Part shown: in pieces, positions 1 to 8,933 of the stretch
Layout of the letters: every line of letters begins with the position of its first letter
Position numbering within the stretch: the stretch's first letter is position 1
From: a virus
Length of the DNA stretch: 64,000 bases
Virus record (IMG/VR): IMGVR_UViG_3300029915_000003
Strand: one strand, 5' to 3'
Made by a program: the position numbers and the translations under genes
The notes under the pieces: model-generated
The model's input: the letters and a program-made list of their open reading frames with translations, nothing else
The model's database searches: none
What the model was told of the DNA's origin: nothing

Positions 1-546
1 ACCGGGGCTAATCTGTCCGGGGCCAATCTGTCCCAAGCCAATCTGACCGGGGTCGATCTGTCCTGGGCCAATCTGTCCAAGGCCGATCTGGAAGGGGCCA
101 ATCTGTCCAAGGCCGATCTGTCCGGGGCCGATCTGTACGGGGCCGATCTGTACGGGGCCTATCTGGAATGGGCCAATCTGTCCAAGGCCGATCTGTCCGG
201 GGCCAACGGTTTCCCAGAAGAGGAAATTGCCAAGCGTCAAATCGTACCGAAGGAAGGGGAGTTTATTGGTTACAAAAAGCTCCGATACGGTACGGTGGCG
301 AAGCTTTTGATTCCGGCCGGGGCTAAGCGTATCGGGGGGATGATCGGTCGCAAGTGTCGGGCTGAGTTCGCAACAGTACTGGAAGGATCGGGGGTTTCTT
401 TGTATGATTCTTCTTTTGAGTACCGTTGCGGGGAAACCGTTTATCCAACTGCTGAAAACCCCTTCAACCCGGATCCTTTGGTGGAATGTTCTGGGGGGAT
501 CCATTTTTTTCTTACCCCAGAAGAAGCCAAAGCTTACAATGGGTGA
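1..546 (+). CDS. Pentapeptide-repeat protein with C-terminal DUF5758-like domain (5' truncated by window edge)
   Basis: Frame 1 is open from base 1 with A[ND]LxG repeats, continuing into [32 protein letters not shown]. Confidence 0.85.
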   Translation, partial: TGANLSGANLSQANLTGVDLSWANLSKADLEGANLSKADLSGADLYGADLYGAYLEWANLSKADLSGANGFPEEEIAKRQIVPKEGEFIGYKKLRYGTVAKLLIPAGAKRIGGMIGRKCRAEFATVLEGSGVSLYDSSFEYRCGETVYPTAENPFNPDPLVECSGGIHFFLTPEEAKAYNG

Positions 547-599
547 CGTGAAAATAGAATATCTTTTAAAGCTTCAATATTAAAAACAAGGGGTAATAT

Positions 600-770
600 A
601 TGACGATTCCAGAAGCTTATATCATCGACCAAGAACGTGGAATCACCCCTCCGGACAACCGTCCTTACATTCCGATGCCCAACGTAGAAGACTGGCGAAA
701 CTACCTAGAAACCCAGTTTCCTGCCGCTGTAGAGCCTCCCCGAGTGATCGTCATTCAAATCTGCGGCTAA
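600..770 (+). CDS. Small hypothetical protein (56 aa, MTIPEAYIIDQE...RVIVIQICG)
   Basis: Manual translation; GGGG SD-like sequence upstream. Confidence 0.55.
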   Translation: MTIPEAYIIDQERGITPPDNRPYIPMPNVEDWRNYLETQFPAAVEPPRVIVIQICG

Positions 771-779
771 GATAGTCGC

Positions 780-808
780 TTGACAAACCTCTGTTAGTCG
801 GGTATAGT
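780..808 (+). promoter_or_regulatory. sigma70-like early promoter
   Basis: TTGACA-17-TATAGT. Confidence 0.8.
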
Positions 809-840
809 CCTTTCATCCTTCGCTATCCCAATCAGGAGTC

Positions 841-1086
841 ATGAAAATGAAAGCCCTCATCTTGATTTTTAACATCTTCTTGATTGTTTTGATTATTCCG
901 GTGGTGGGGTCCCTTTGTTTGGCCTACGACTGCAATCACATTGCTGGGGCTTTCAAGGCTGGGTATCATTATCCTTTGCCGGTTTACGGAGGAGTGTCTC
1001 TTTTGATTGGATTTCTGCTTTCTGAAACTGTTATCCCTATTGCTATTGTTGTGTGGATTCTTATCCAAGTAGGGATTTTGCAGTAA
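841..1086 (+). CDS. Small membrane protein
   Basis: AGGAG SD; two hydrophobic segments. Confidence 0.65.
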   Translation: MKMKALILIFNIFLIVLIIPVVGSLCLAYDCNHIAGAFKAGYHYPLPVYGGVSLLIGFLLSETVIPIAIVVWILIQVGILQ

Positions 1087-1093
1087 ATACTTT

Positions 1094-1170
1094 GGGCAAT
1101 CAGCTGTGACGGCCATAGCACCTGCTTTATAAGCGGGAGTTTGTTGGTTCGAATCCAACCTTGCCTACCA
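1094..1170 (+). tRNA. tRNA-Ile(TAT)
   Basis: Cloverleaf; anticodon arm CCTGC-TTTATAA-GCGGG; T arm GTTGG-TTCGAAT-CCAAC; encoded CCA. Confidence 0.8.
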
Positions 1171-1225
1171 TTTTAAAAACAATATATTAAAAATAAACTT
1201 TTTAGAAATGGATTGTTTTGTTCCC

Positions 1226-1318
1226 ATGAAAACCTATACCAAAGAAGAGATCGCAGAAGTATTGAAGCTCCACGCTTTGTATCTTTCCGGGGATTCAAAC
1301 GGTAAATTGTGTACTTGA
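1226..1318 (+). pseudogene. Remnant N-terminus of a pentapeptide-repeat gene
   Basis: MKTYTKEEIAEVLKLHALYLSGDSNG* matches MKTLTLAELSETLRLHKLWLEGKDEG at 22345 but stops before the repeats. Confidence 0.6.
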
Positions 1319-1400
1319 AATCACCCGTTAAATAGGATTTAAATCAAACATGGATAATCAGTGGGAAAACAAGTACAGGAATGGATGAAGAATAATCCAC

Positions 1401-1429
1401 TTGCAACTCGTCGCAGTATCGGGTATGGT
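1401..1429 (+). promoter_or_regulatory. sigma70-like promoter
   Basis: TTGCAA-17-TATGGT. Confidence 0.55.
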
Positions 1430-1466
1430 CTTCCGGTAGTTCACACTCCCAAAGGAATCTAAACTT

Positions 1467-1841
1467 ATGATTAAATATCTTTCCGCTCAAGCTGTATTCA
1501 ATAAGGTTGCAAAGCATCTCCTAACGCAAAAACACCCAGCTATGGACGACAGTGGGGATTGTGTTTATTTGGCTGATGATGGCAAGCGTTGTGCTATTGG
1601 GTGCCTGATTCCCAAGCGCTTGTATAATAAGAATATTGAATTTTGCTCAGTTGAAATGGCAAGGCCAGAAGACCTTCTTTATGGGATTCTAAAGAAGTCA
1701 AAAGTTAATATCAAAAAGGATAACGAGCTGTTGATTGAACTTCAAAATGCACATGATAATTATACTGGTGGCGGCTGGGCTAAGCCACTAAAGAAGGTTG
1801 CAGCCAAATTCAATTTGAAGTACATGGGGAAGAAGGTCTAA
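1467..1841 (+). CDS. Phage hypothetical protein (CxY..CAIGCLI..LQxAHD type)
   Basis: ORF track; AAGGA SD. Confidence 0.7.
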   Translation: MIKYLSAQAVFNKVAKHLLTQKHPAMDDSGDCVYLADDGKRCAIGCLIPKRLYNKNIEFCSVEMARPEDLLYGILKKSKVNIKKDNELLIELQNAHDNYTGGGWAKPLKKVAAKFNLKYMGKKV

Positions 1842-1844
1842 TTC

Positions 1845-2063
1845 GTGATTACGGATGAATGGTTATATAATGTGGCGATCTATAGTGATTCCTCATATAT
1901 TAAAATGCTTGGGAAAGAACTACTTGAAGCTAGAGAACTCATAAAATACCTAGCCATAGAAAATCCAAGTTACGACGATGCCTGTTGTAGAATTTGTGGA
2001 TCTTACAATGAAACAAAAGAAAATCTAGTTCACAACGGTGACTGTTACTTATATAAAGGCTAA
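1845..2063 (+). CDS. Hypothetical protein with CxxC..H..C
   Basis: ORF track; operonic spacing. Confidence 0.55.
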   Translation: MITDEWLYNVAIYSDSSYIKMLGKELLEARELIKYLAIENPSYDDACCRICGSYNETKENLVHNGDCYLYKG

Positions 2064-2372
2064 ATGCACTCTACCAAAGCTGGAACCATTGTAAGTGTAG
2101 ATAAATCTCCTCACTCCAAGTGTAACCGTTGCCATAAAGCATTACCAGTACTATTTAATACCGATACTGTTAATTTCGGCAAGGTAGAGCTTTGCTGGAG
2201 GTGCTTGCATGCTATTAGGGCTACTTACATTAGCCAAGCTGAATACGAAAAGGCTATGGATTCTGCCGGTCTAGGAGAAAAGTATTGGGATAAATCAGAT
2301 TTAACCTTATCTCATGATTGTGAAAAGCTATGCGACACGCAAGCCTATAAGCACTTTTGGAAGCTTCAATGA
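2064..2372 (+). CDS. Hypothetical Zn-finger protein
   Basis: CxxC...CxxC; abuts neighbouring genes. Confidence 0.6.
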   Translation: MHSTKAGTIVSVDKSPHSKCNRCHKALPVLFNTDTVNFGKVELCWRCLHAIRATYISQAEYEKAMDSAGLGEKYWDKSDLTLSHDCEKLCDTQAYKHFWKLQ

Positions 2373-3049
2373 ATTCATATCAATACATACAGGATCCACT
2401 TGGAGACGGAACCACAAGCGATAAAGCTGGTATCGTCTTACATCCAGGAGATCCTCACCCTCAAGAACCCAAACGAGTTTACGCCTCTGAGCCTACTTTT
2501 ACTTCTATTCCCTTAGAGGATTACATAGGTAGTATTCATAATATAACCTTGCGGGATCTTTGCAATACAATGCTAGAAGTAGTAGTCGCTGGGGGATGTT
2601 TTGAAACCGATATGAGGGGTCATACTCCCAAGGATTTCGATATATACGCAATGAGTAATGAGGATTTTGAATCAGCTAAAATCAAAATAATCAATAAGGG
2701 ATGGATTGTAGATATTTTTCAGCCAGCCCCATTTTATATGACTAATTTCTCTAGACCTAATTATCCTGATATTCAACTAATACATAATTACGCACAAGAA
2801 CCAGAAGACGTATTAGCAGACTTCGATTTCACTGCTTGTATGATCGGTGCATATAATGGTAGGGTGTATTTTGGTAGCACCACCCTTATGAATATAGCTT
2901 GTAGGGAATTGGTGTTAAATATGTATAAGATAGAAAGTCCCAAACAAAGTTTATTTAAGCTATATCAACGTATAGAAAAATACAGCCTTAAGGGCTATTA
3001 CGTAACAACTAAGCTACTACGGCAAATACACGACAGAAAGCGTAGATGA
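2369..3049 (+). CDS. Nucleotidyltransferase (CCA-adding/poly(A) polymerase head-like)
   Basis: VAGG..DFDIY and FDFTAC motifs; ATGA overlap start. Confidence 0.7.
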   Translation: MNSYQYIQDPLGDGTTSDKAGIVLHPGDPHPQEPKRVYASEPTFTSIPLEDYIGSIHNITLRDLCNTMLEVVVAGGCFETDMRGHTPKDFDIYAMSNEDFESAKIKIINKGWIVDIFQPAPFYMTNFSRPNYPDIQLIHNYAQEPEDVLADFDFTACMIGAYNGRVYFGSTTLMNIACRELVLNMYKIESPKQSLFKLYQRIEKYSLKGYYVTTKLLRQIHDRKRR

Positions 3050-3067
3050 TGATTTATAGGAGTTTCT

Positions 3068-3676
3068 ATGAAATTTTTCCTTAGCGACACGCATTTTAAC
3101 CATATTCACTCCAGCGGAGACGAACTAGGAGGGATCATAAAATATAGCAATAGACCATTTAAATCTATAGAAGAGATGAATAAAACAATTATGGGAAACT
3201 TTAGAGACTCAACCACACCAAATGATGATATTTATTTCTTGGGAGATTTTGCTATGGGAATTAAACTTAAACATCCAGCTCTTCTAAAGGAATTTACAGA
3301 AGGAAGAACTGTTTTTGGAATTTTGGGGAATCACGATCAGCTCAAAAAAGAGGTTTACTTACAGTATTTTAAAGAGGTACACCTTTCCTTGGAAATTGAG
3401 CTGCAAGGCCATAAATGCCTATTAAGCCACTATCCTTACGAACCGTTACCAGGAGAAGAAATTGGCCACCGTAACGATTTTAGGTTCCTAGACCGTAGGC
3501 CCCAAAAGGTACCAGAAAGGTTCCTACTTCATGGGCATTCCCATTCCACTCCAGAAACACGTTTGGGTGAAGGGGCTCTTGATATTGGGATCGATCCATG
3601 GTACTATCGGCCGGTAAGTGAGCAGACCATCGTACCCCTCATAGAGAAATGGAAGTCGGGAAATTGGAATACTTAG
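3068..3676 (+). CDS. Calcineurin-like metallophosphoesterase
   Basis: SDTH, LGD, GNHD, SHYP and HGHSH motifs. Confidence 0.9.
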   Translation: MKFFLSDTHFNHIHSSGDELGGIIKYSNRPFKSIEEMNKTIMGNFRDSTTPNDDIYFLGDFAMGIKLKHPALLKEFTEGRTVFGILGNHDQLKKEVYLQYFKEVHLSLEIELQGHKCLLSHYPYEPLPGEEIGHRNDFRFLDRRPQKVPERFLLHGHSHSTPETRLGEGALDIGIDPWYYRPVSEQTIVPLIEKWKSGNWNT

Positions 3677-3743
3677 GTGGTTTTTGCATTGGTATCATCT
3701 TTTATTGGCTATTTGTAGAAGAACACCCTTCTAAGGAGGAGTA

Positions 3744-4019
3744 ATGATTGCATCTGACCATAATATAATGTTCTTTAAATCCGGTGAGCTTGACGAGGTA
3801 CCCAAGCTTATTCCCAAGTTTGAGTTCATCCAAGCTGATATTGTACGTCTAAGTCTAGAGGGATATCGATTCTTTAAGGTAGGATTTCAGTCTTCCCTCA
3901 GTCCTATCGATGAAGCGTATTCTTATATAAATGACTTTAATTGTGCTGATAATTTCTGGGATGATTTTACCGATTTAGACCTTTCTGAAAACGAAAACAC
4001 CGAATGGTGGGAGCCTTAA
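3744..4019 (+). CDS. Hypothetical protein
   Basis: ORF track; GGAGG SD. Confidence 0.55.
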   Translation: MIASDHNIMFFKSGELDEVPKLIPKFEFIQADIVRLSLEGYRFFKVGFQSSLSPIDEAYSYINDFNCADNFWDDFTDLDLSENENTEWWEP

Positions 4020-4021
4020 AA

Positions 4022-4465
4022 ATGCCAATCAAGTACATTAAGGGGGATTTGTTTAATATTGCTCCAAAAGGGGTGTACCTAGCCCACGCTGTTAATCCTT
4101 ACGGAGTATGGGGGGCTGGTATTGCGGCTATCTTTGCCCGTAAGTATCCGGACGATCACCAAGAATACAACCAACACTGCAAAGCCAAGAAGCAAGTCAA
4201 CCTGCCCGGTACCACTTATATTACTGAAAACAATATAGCTTGTCTATTTACGTTAAGCGATTGGGGTGACAACCCCTCTGAAATCATCTTCAATACCGGT
4301 AATTGCCTATTGGATCTATTTGAACAATTACCCTTAAATAGTGTGGTTTACAGCCCTAAGTTCAATAGTGGTCTATTCAATGTACCTTGGGAATATACCG
4401 CAGAGGTACTAGAGAAGCACCTAGCCACCAGGAATGATATCCATTGGGTGGTTTGCGAACTGTGA
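4022..4465 (+). CDS. Macro-domain protein (ADP-ribose-1''-phosphate phosphatase/ADP-ribosylhydrolase, Poa1p-like)
   Basis: KGDLF, HAVN..GVWGAGIA and PKFNSGLF motifs. Confidence 0.85.
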   Translation: MPIKYIKGDLFNIAPKGVYLAHAVNPYGVWGAGIAAIFARKYPDDHQEYNQHCKAKKQVNLPGTTYITENNIACLFTLSDWGDNPSEIIFNTGNCLLDLFEQLPLNSVVYSPKFNSGLFNVPWEYTAEVLEKHLATRNDIHWVVCEL

Positions 4466-4472
4466 TCCCCGC

Positions 4473-4501
4473 TTGACAAACCAGCTTTGACGGAGTAGGA
4501 T
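4473..4501 (+). promoter_or_regulatory. sigma70-like promoter, probably leaderless for 4508
   Basis: TTGACA-17-TAGGAT, 6 nt before ATG. Confidence 0.7.
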
Positions 4502-4507
4502 GGTTTT

Positions 4508-4951
4508 ATGAATCCCAACCTGAAGAAGCTGGGTCACAAGCTTTCCAAGCAAAGTGGACATTCTTGGGCTAGGCATGCGGTTATTGTCATTAGGGGAGGG
4601 AATATCATCTCTACTGGTTATAACCATGCGGCGATTCATGCTGAATGGAATGCCTTGAATGCCCTTTGGCCTTCAGAGCGTAAAGGTACCACTGTTATTT
4701 CTTTGCGGTTTACCAAGACTGGTAATTTGGCATGTGCTCGTCCGTGTCCTAAGTGTCTAAAGTTCATGCTTGACAACGGAGTTAAGTGTGTTAAGTTCTC
4801 TGACTCCGAAGGTAAGATGGTGAAGGTCCGATTGTCTCAAGGAATGGATTATACCGGCACCAGATACCCTACCACCAACATGGAAGCTTTGCGTAAGACT
4901 CGTAGCGGGGCAGCCTATTATGGGTTGTCCCCCTTTAATATTGAAGATTAA
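4508..4951 (+). CDS. Zn-dependent cytidine/dCMP deaminase family protein
   Basis: GYN..HAE...RPCPKC. Confidence 0.85.
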   Translation: MNPNLKKLGHKLSKQSGHSWARHAVIVIRGGNIISTGYNHAAIHAEWNALNALWPSERKGTTVISLRFTKTGNLACARPCPKCLKFMLDNGVKCVKFSDSEGKMVKVRLSQGMDYTGTRYPTTNMEALRKTRSGAAYYGLSPFNIED

Positions 4952-4966
4952 ACAATAAAGGTACCA

Positions 4967-5179
4967 ATGAATTCGAAAGAAAGAATTAAACTTGTAAATC
5001 AGTGGGTACATCCTTGTGCAATTGAGGGGCTACCTTATGGTTTGGAATTGGAAGTTTACGATTTGGAAGGTAAGAATGTAACCAATACACTTACATCCGA
5101 CGAACGTAAAATCCTAATGGTATATTACGCCCAGCATACATTGAATTTTATGTACGATCTTCCTGTATACATACATTAA
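4967..5179 (+). CDS. Hypothetical protein
   Basis: ORF track; AAGG SD. Confidence 0.5.
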   Translation: MNSKERIKLVNQWVHPCAIEGLPYGLELEVYDLEGKNVTNTLTSDERKILMVYYAQHTLNFMYDLPVYIH

Positions 5180-5193
5180 ATGGGGTATTCAAT

Positions 5194-5427
5194 ATGAAAT
5201 CAGAACAAAGTCTTCATATTCTGTTTCGGAGTCTACGCCCCTGCAAACACGTAATTTTTCGTTACTCCACTTCTTCATCCCATATGTTCAAAAACAACAA
5301 ACCGGTAACAACTGAATACATAGAAGCATACTGTAAGGAATGTCCCCCAAATACATGGGTGGGAATGGATAGCCCCTCTCAAGCCCATAGATGGTCCTAT
5401 GATACCCGCACCCGTAGGCTATGGTAA
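5194..5427 (+). CDS. RxCKH-family miniprotein
   Basis: SLRPCKH...CKEC...YDTRTR. Confidence 0.65.
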   Translation: MKSEQSLHILFRSLRPCKHVIFRYSTSSSHMFKNNKPVTTEYIEAYCKECPPNTWVGMDSPSQAHRWSYDTRTRRLW

Positions 5428-5450
5428 TTTTACCAATAAGGGGTTAAATC

Positions 5451-5648
5451 ATGTCACTATGCAAGATCTGTAAAGAAGAGATTTTTTGGCACCAAGACAG
5501 AGTTACCCGTGACTTAATGGAAACTTCTATTGGTAAGGTTGTTCCATGCAAGGTTCATACTCTCTGTATAGAGCAGATGGGGTTTGAAGGTCTTGTCAAA
5601 GACCTGTACGAACGTCTTAAGAAGATCAGCGGTCCTTACTTTAATTAA
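5451..5648 (+). CDS. Hypothetical protein (CxxC..HxxC)
   Basis: ORF track; GGGG SD. Confidence 0.55.
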   Translation: MSLCKICKEEIFWHQDRVTRDLMETSIGKVVPCKVHTLCIEQMGFEGLVKDLYERLKKISGPYFN

Positions 5649-5677
5649 CTCATATACGAATTACCGAAGAAACCCAA

Positions 5678-5857
5678 ATGATCCACCGACCTCTTTATAC
5701 TAGGCACTGTAAACATTCGTTTGGGTTTGGGTCTTGGGATACCACCCAAATTCCCCATTTAAAGCCATACTGCACTCTGAACTGTGAAGCCTTTGTGTGC
5801 TTGGCTGAAAACCGGTTCAATTTCCAAACCAGAACTTATAGCAATTACGTAATGTAG
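5678..5857 (+). CDS. RxCKH-family miniprotein (59 aa)
   Basis: Manual translation: LYTRHCKH...CTLNC...FNFQTRTY. Confidence 0.6.
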   Translation: MIHRPLYTRHCKHSFGFGSWDTTQIPHLKPYCTLNCEAFVCLAENRFNFQTRTYSNYVM

Positions 5858-5888
5858 AATATGTAAAATAAGGAATAAAAAGTTATAT

Positions 5889-6062
5889 ATGAAATACCCA
5901 ATGTATGTACGTTTATGTAGGTGTGCTTATTCTTGTGTCGAATATGGACTTTTCTATCGTATAGACATGGGGATTATTCCAAGCAATATTTGCGATATTA
6001 AAAGTCACCAACTTAAATTCAATTTCCTAACCAGGACAATCCCAGAGGATAAAATAATCTAA
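5889..6062 (+). CDS. RxCKH-family miniprotein (57 aa)
   Basis: Manual translation: MKYPMYVRLCRC...FNFLTRTI. Confidence 0.6.
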   Translation: MKYPMYVRLCRCAYSCVEYGLFYRIDMGIIPSNICDIKSHQLKFNFLTRTIPEDKII

Positions 6063-6071
6063 AACGGAGCC

Positions 6072-6100
6072 TTGACAAGTTCAGAAGGATCCGCTAAAGT
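6072..6100 (+). promoter_or_regulatory. sigma70-like promoter
   Basis: TTGACA-17-TAAAGT. Confidence 0.75.
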
Positions 6101-6143
6101 AGGTTCATAAAGTTCAGCACCAACCCCCTTCAAGGAAAACGAT

Positions 6144-6596
6144 ATGGCAAAGCCAAAGATTGTCCCCGAACTCAACAAAGACTGCCAACTGCATTACCAC
6201 CAAAGCGAAACAACTGAACTTCTTTCAGATGATAGTAGTGATGTCACTACCCCCCAAGTTATTACCCTAGCGGTTAACACAAAGGACACTTTTGATGGTA
6301 ATACCGTTAGTGTGGGAGTGGCTATTTGCCACGAAGGGGAGCGGTTCGATAAGAAGCTAGGACGGTCAATTGCTATCGGCCGGGCCTTTTGTGACCGTTT
6401 GAATGTTTCTGGTCGCTTCTTTGTTCCCAAGGAAAAAGCCATTGTCACCCGCGTAAGCGATACGGGGATCTCCCGCCAAGAGGTTTCGTGGGATGCGGTG
6501 GAACAAGGGATCCTTGCGGTTGTTTCGAATGGTATCGAAGTTAGCCAGTCTATCATGGATGCTATCCTTTATATGACTTTTGATTCAGAGGACTGA
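6144..6596 (+). CDS. Phage hypothetical protein (GxAxC..F.KKxGRxIAxGRA type)
   Basis: ORF track; AAGGA SD; recurring phage motif. Confidence 0.7.
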   Translation: MAKPKIVPELNKDCQLHYHQSETTELLSDDSSDVTTPQVITLAVNTKDTFDGNTVSVGVAICHEGERFDKKLGRSIAIGRAFCDRLNVSGRFFVPKEKAIVTRVSDTGISRQEVSWDAVEQGILAVVSNGIEVSQSIMDAILYMTFDSED

Positions 6597-6638
6597 CAGT
6601 CGCATTAAATACCCAGTAGTAAAATAGTAATATGTATA

Positions 6639-6722
6639 GGCCCTTTGGTGGAGCAGGCAGACACAGCAGACTCAAAATCTGCCGGTCGCAAGACCGTCCC
6701 GGTTCGAATCCGGGAAGGGCCA
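6639..6722 (+). tRNA. tRNA-Leu(CAA), CCA not encoded
   Basis: GCAGA-CTCAAAA-TCTGC arm, long variable arm, CCCGG-TTCGAAT-CCGGG T arm. Confidence 0.92.
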
Positions 6723-6737
6723 CTTTAAATATAGTAC

Positions 6738-6810
6738 CGCTTTGTAGCTCAGTTGGTAGAGCGCCTGCCTGAAGAGCAGGGCGTCCCCTGTTCGAGTCAG
6801 GGCAAGGCGG
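6738..6810 (+). tRNA. tRNA-Phe(GAA), CCA not encoded
   Basis: TAGCTCAGTTGGTAGAGC D arm; CCTGC-CTGAAGA-GCAGG anticodon arm. Confidence 0.9.
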
Positions 6811-6815
6811 CTTTT

Positions 6816-6902
6816 CCCTTTGTAGTTTATGTGGTTAAAACATTTTGGGCAAAGGTCTGATCGGCCACCAAAATAAGTATGGTTCAATGCCTACCAAGGG
6901 GG
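6816..6902 (+). ncRNA. tRNA-like element with an elongated (33-nt) anticodon arm
   Basis: Acceptor CCCTTTG/CAAGGGG, D arm GTTT..GG..AAAC, bulged T arm with GGTTCAA; ATTTTGG...CCAAAAT encloses 19 nt. Confidence 0.6.
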
Positions 6903-6909
6903 TTTTATT

Positions 6910-7103
6910 GTGGATCTACCTAAATATCTTTACGTAAAGCTAACAAAGTGTTACCATCCTTTTTATTTTGTTGTAGAGGATTTTTCATATGGCCCTCCAA
7001 CTTTTGGAGAGCATATATATATATAGTAAGAGATGGTAATTGCCAAAAATGTAAAAATAAGTGGATGGTATTCCTTCCCGATAAAAGAGAATTGTTGCCA
7101 TAG
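6910..7103 (+). pseudogene. RxCKH-family miniprotein, frameshifted in an (AT)n tract
   Basis: LYVKLTKCYH..; removing 2 nt from the AT run at 7013-7025 joins it to ..GNCQKC..FLPDKRELLP. Confidence 0.5.
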
Positions 7104-7291
7104 ATGAATAAATATAAAGACCCATACGTAAGGCTTTGCAAGGGTTATCATGAATATCTATTGTTGTATGACAGAACCAACCAGAACGTCATTGTAAGAA
7201 AAGAGCCGGTTTTTGTTTGTTGTGTTTGTTGTACAGAGTAGGTCTATATCCAGATAATCGTTTGTTTATTTTTGGAAAAGCAACAAAATAA
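7104..7291 (+). pseudogene. RxCKH-family miniprotein, probable -1 frameshift near 7200
   Basis: PYVRLCKGYH..; the -1 frame gives RAGFCLLC..LYPDNRLF; in-frame TAG at 7239. Confidence 0.5.
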
Positions 7292-7311
7292 AAAAGAACC
7301 TTTTAAAATAT

Positions 7312-7932
7312 ATGAAAATAGATTTTTCCCCTTTTAATGAACCCAATCAAGAAACTGGAGCCAATGGAATCTTTGTTGTGGATTTCAAAGAAGAAGTGGT
7401 TTCCAAATTTTTCAATGATTTTAATGCTTTAGAGCGTAACGAAGCGATAGAGGTGATCCCTATTTTCATCAGTTCTTACGGAGGGGAGTGCGACGCTCTG
7501 ACCGTTATGTATGATCTCATTAAGGCTTGCAAGAAGCCGGTCATGACTGTTATATTAGGGAAGGCAATGTCGTGTGGGGCTATTTTAGCAGCTTCTGGTA
7601 CCAAAGGTTATAGATTTGTAAGTCCAAGTTCCAGGGTTATGTTGCACGAGATTTCTGGCGGTGCTCATGGTAAAAACGCAGATGTGGCTATTACTCAAGA
7701 TGAAATGGCCCGACTAAACAAGGTATTAATGGGGAATTTGAGTAAGGATATGGGCAAAGACCGTAAATGGCTATTAGATGAATTCCATAAACGCAAAAAC
7801 ACTGACTGGTTTGTTGATGCCAAAGAAGCCGTGAATCTAGGAATTTGTGATTATATTGGTGTACCAAAGCTAAATGTAACCAAGAAAGTAGAATCAAAGA
7901 CTGTTGTTATTTATCCACCAAATACCCGTTAA
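7312..7932 (+). CDS. clpP: ClpP-like protease subunit
   Basis: ISSYGG, AMSCG, MLHE and EAVNLGICD motifs. Confidence 0.9.
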   Translation: MKIDFSPFNEPNQETGANGIFVVDFKEEVVSKFFNDFNALERNEAIEVIPIFISSYGGECDALTVMYDLIKACKKPVMTVILGKAMSCGAILAASGTKGYRFVSPSSRVMLHEISGGAHGKNADVAITQDEMARLNKVLMGNLSKDMGKDRKWLLDEFHKRKNTDWFVDAKEAVNLGICDYIGVPKLNVTKKVESKTVVIYPPNTR

Positions 7933-8122
7933 ATACCATTTATGCCAACCAAAAGCCAAAGCGTTCGTCGGTACCTAGCCATCCTGTCCCTGTTAGACAA
8001 CCTGGAATCCTTTGATGAGGAGTTCGAGTTGGAACAGGATCTAAGCAAAACTTGGTACCAACTGACCCCTACGGAACAGCAAGAAATCCGCAAATCATAT
8101 AATTAACCTCAATTTTAAGCGT

Positions 8123-8575
8123 ATGAAACTATCTATACGCTACCTTCTTAACTACAACAACCCTAATAGTTATACTCCCGCTGACCAACTGGAATTTGCA
8201 GCTGGAGATACCGTAACGGTGTATTTTGAGCTGGTAGACCTAAGCCAAAACCAATACGGGGATCCTCCGGGGATAGTCTATATCGCTAGCCCTTCTCCTA
8301 CCCCTGTTTTAACAGTTACGGTACAAAACAACAATGATGCCCTAGTATTGGTAAAAGTACCCACCCAGGTAGCTGGAACCCCGTTTTGGACTATGAACTT
8401 TGCTTCTGGGGAGATTGCCGGTGGCACGTACAGCCTGAAACTTCTTTTAGTCGAAGGTTCCAAATTGACAAACTCAAATATCAATGCTAGTGTGTTGGTA
8501 GATCCTGCCGATGCGTTTCCCCCGGGAGGCTATTGGCCTGCTGGCAGCGGTGGTTTTAACGGTAGTACTAATTAA
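8123..8575 (+). CDS. Probable late/virion beta-rich protein
   Basis: Beta-rich composition; preceded by the late motif CAATTTTAA. Confidence 0.55.
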   Translation: MKLSIRYLLNYNNPNSYTPADQLEFAAGDTVTVYFELVDLSQNQYGDPPGIVYIASPSPTPVLTVTVQNNNDALVLVKVPTQVAGTPFWTMNFASGEIAGGTYSLKLLLVEGSKLTNSNINASVLVDPADAFPPGGYWPAGSGGFNGSTN

Positions 8576-8599
8576 CACCTATACGTAGGCTTCTCTTAA

Positions 8600-8797
8600 A
8601 TGAACCCAATCTTCTCTCACAAGAAACCATACAGGTATCTTAGACCGTGTAAGCATTGGGGGTGGTCTAGTGGTGATACAAGCTCATATTGTCATCCACG
8701 ATATCCAATAGAAAATATGGTTGTATGGCTTATAGGTTGTAATGATAGATATTGTAAGTATATTAATTTCTTACCCGACCTGCGGACTTACCAATAA
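8600..8797 (+). CDS. RxCKH-family miniprotein
   Basis: YLRPCKHWG...CNDRYC...FLPDLRTY. Confidence 0.65.
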   Translation: MNPIFSHKKPYRYLRPCKHWGWSSGDTSSYCHPRYPIENMVVWLIGCNDRYCKYINFLPDLRTYQ

Positions 8798-8900
8798 TTA
8801 AAACACTATGTAGGGAAACAAGATAGAAATACCTACGTCCATGTAAACATTGGGGTAGGGCAAAGGTTCCTGAGGGAGTTTTAAAAAGATTCTTTCAACT
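8798..8900 (+). pseudogene. RxCKH-family remnant
   Basis: *KYLRPCKHWG at 8827-8856 with no start codon. Confidence 0.55.
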
Positions 8901-8904
8901 TCAG

Positions 8905-8933
8905 TTGACAAAGACGAAGGAAGCGACTAAAGT
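8905..8933 (+). promoter_or_regulatory. sigma70-like promoter
   Basis: TTGACA-17-TAAAGT. Confidence 0.75.

Noticed and set aside
7024-8826. TAG stop-codon reassignment (in-frame TAGs at 7024, 7239 and 8824)
   Set aside because: All long conserved genes are intact in the standard code and TAG terminates clear genes (e.g. 16359, 17537); frameshift or decay explains these cases
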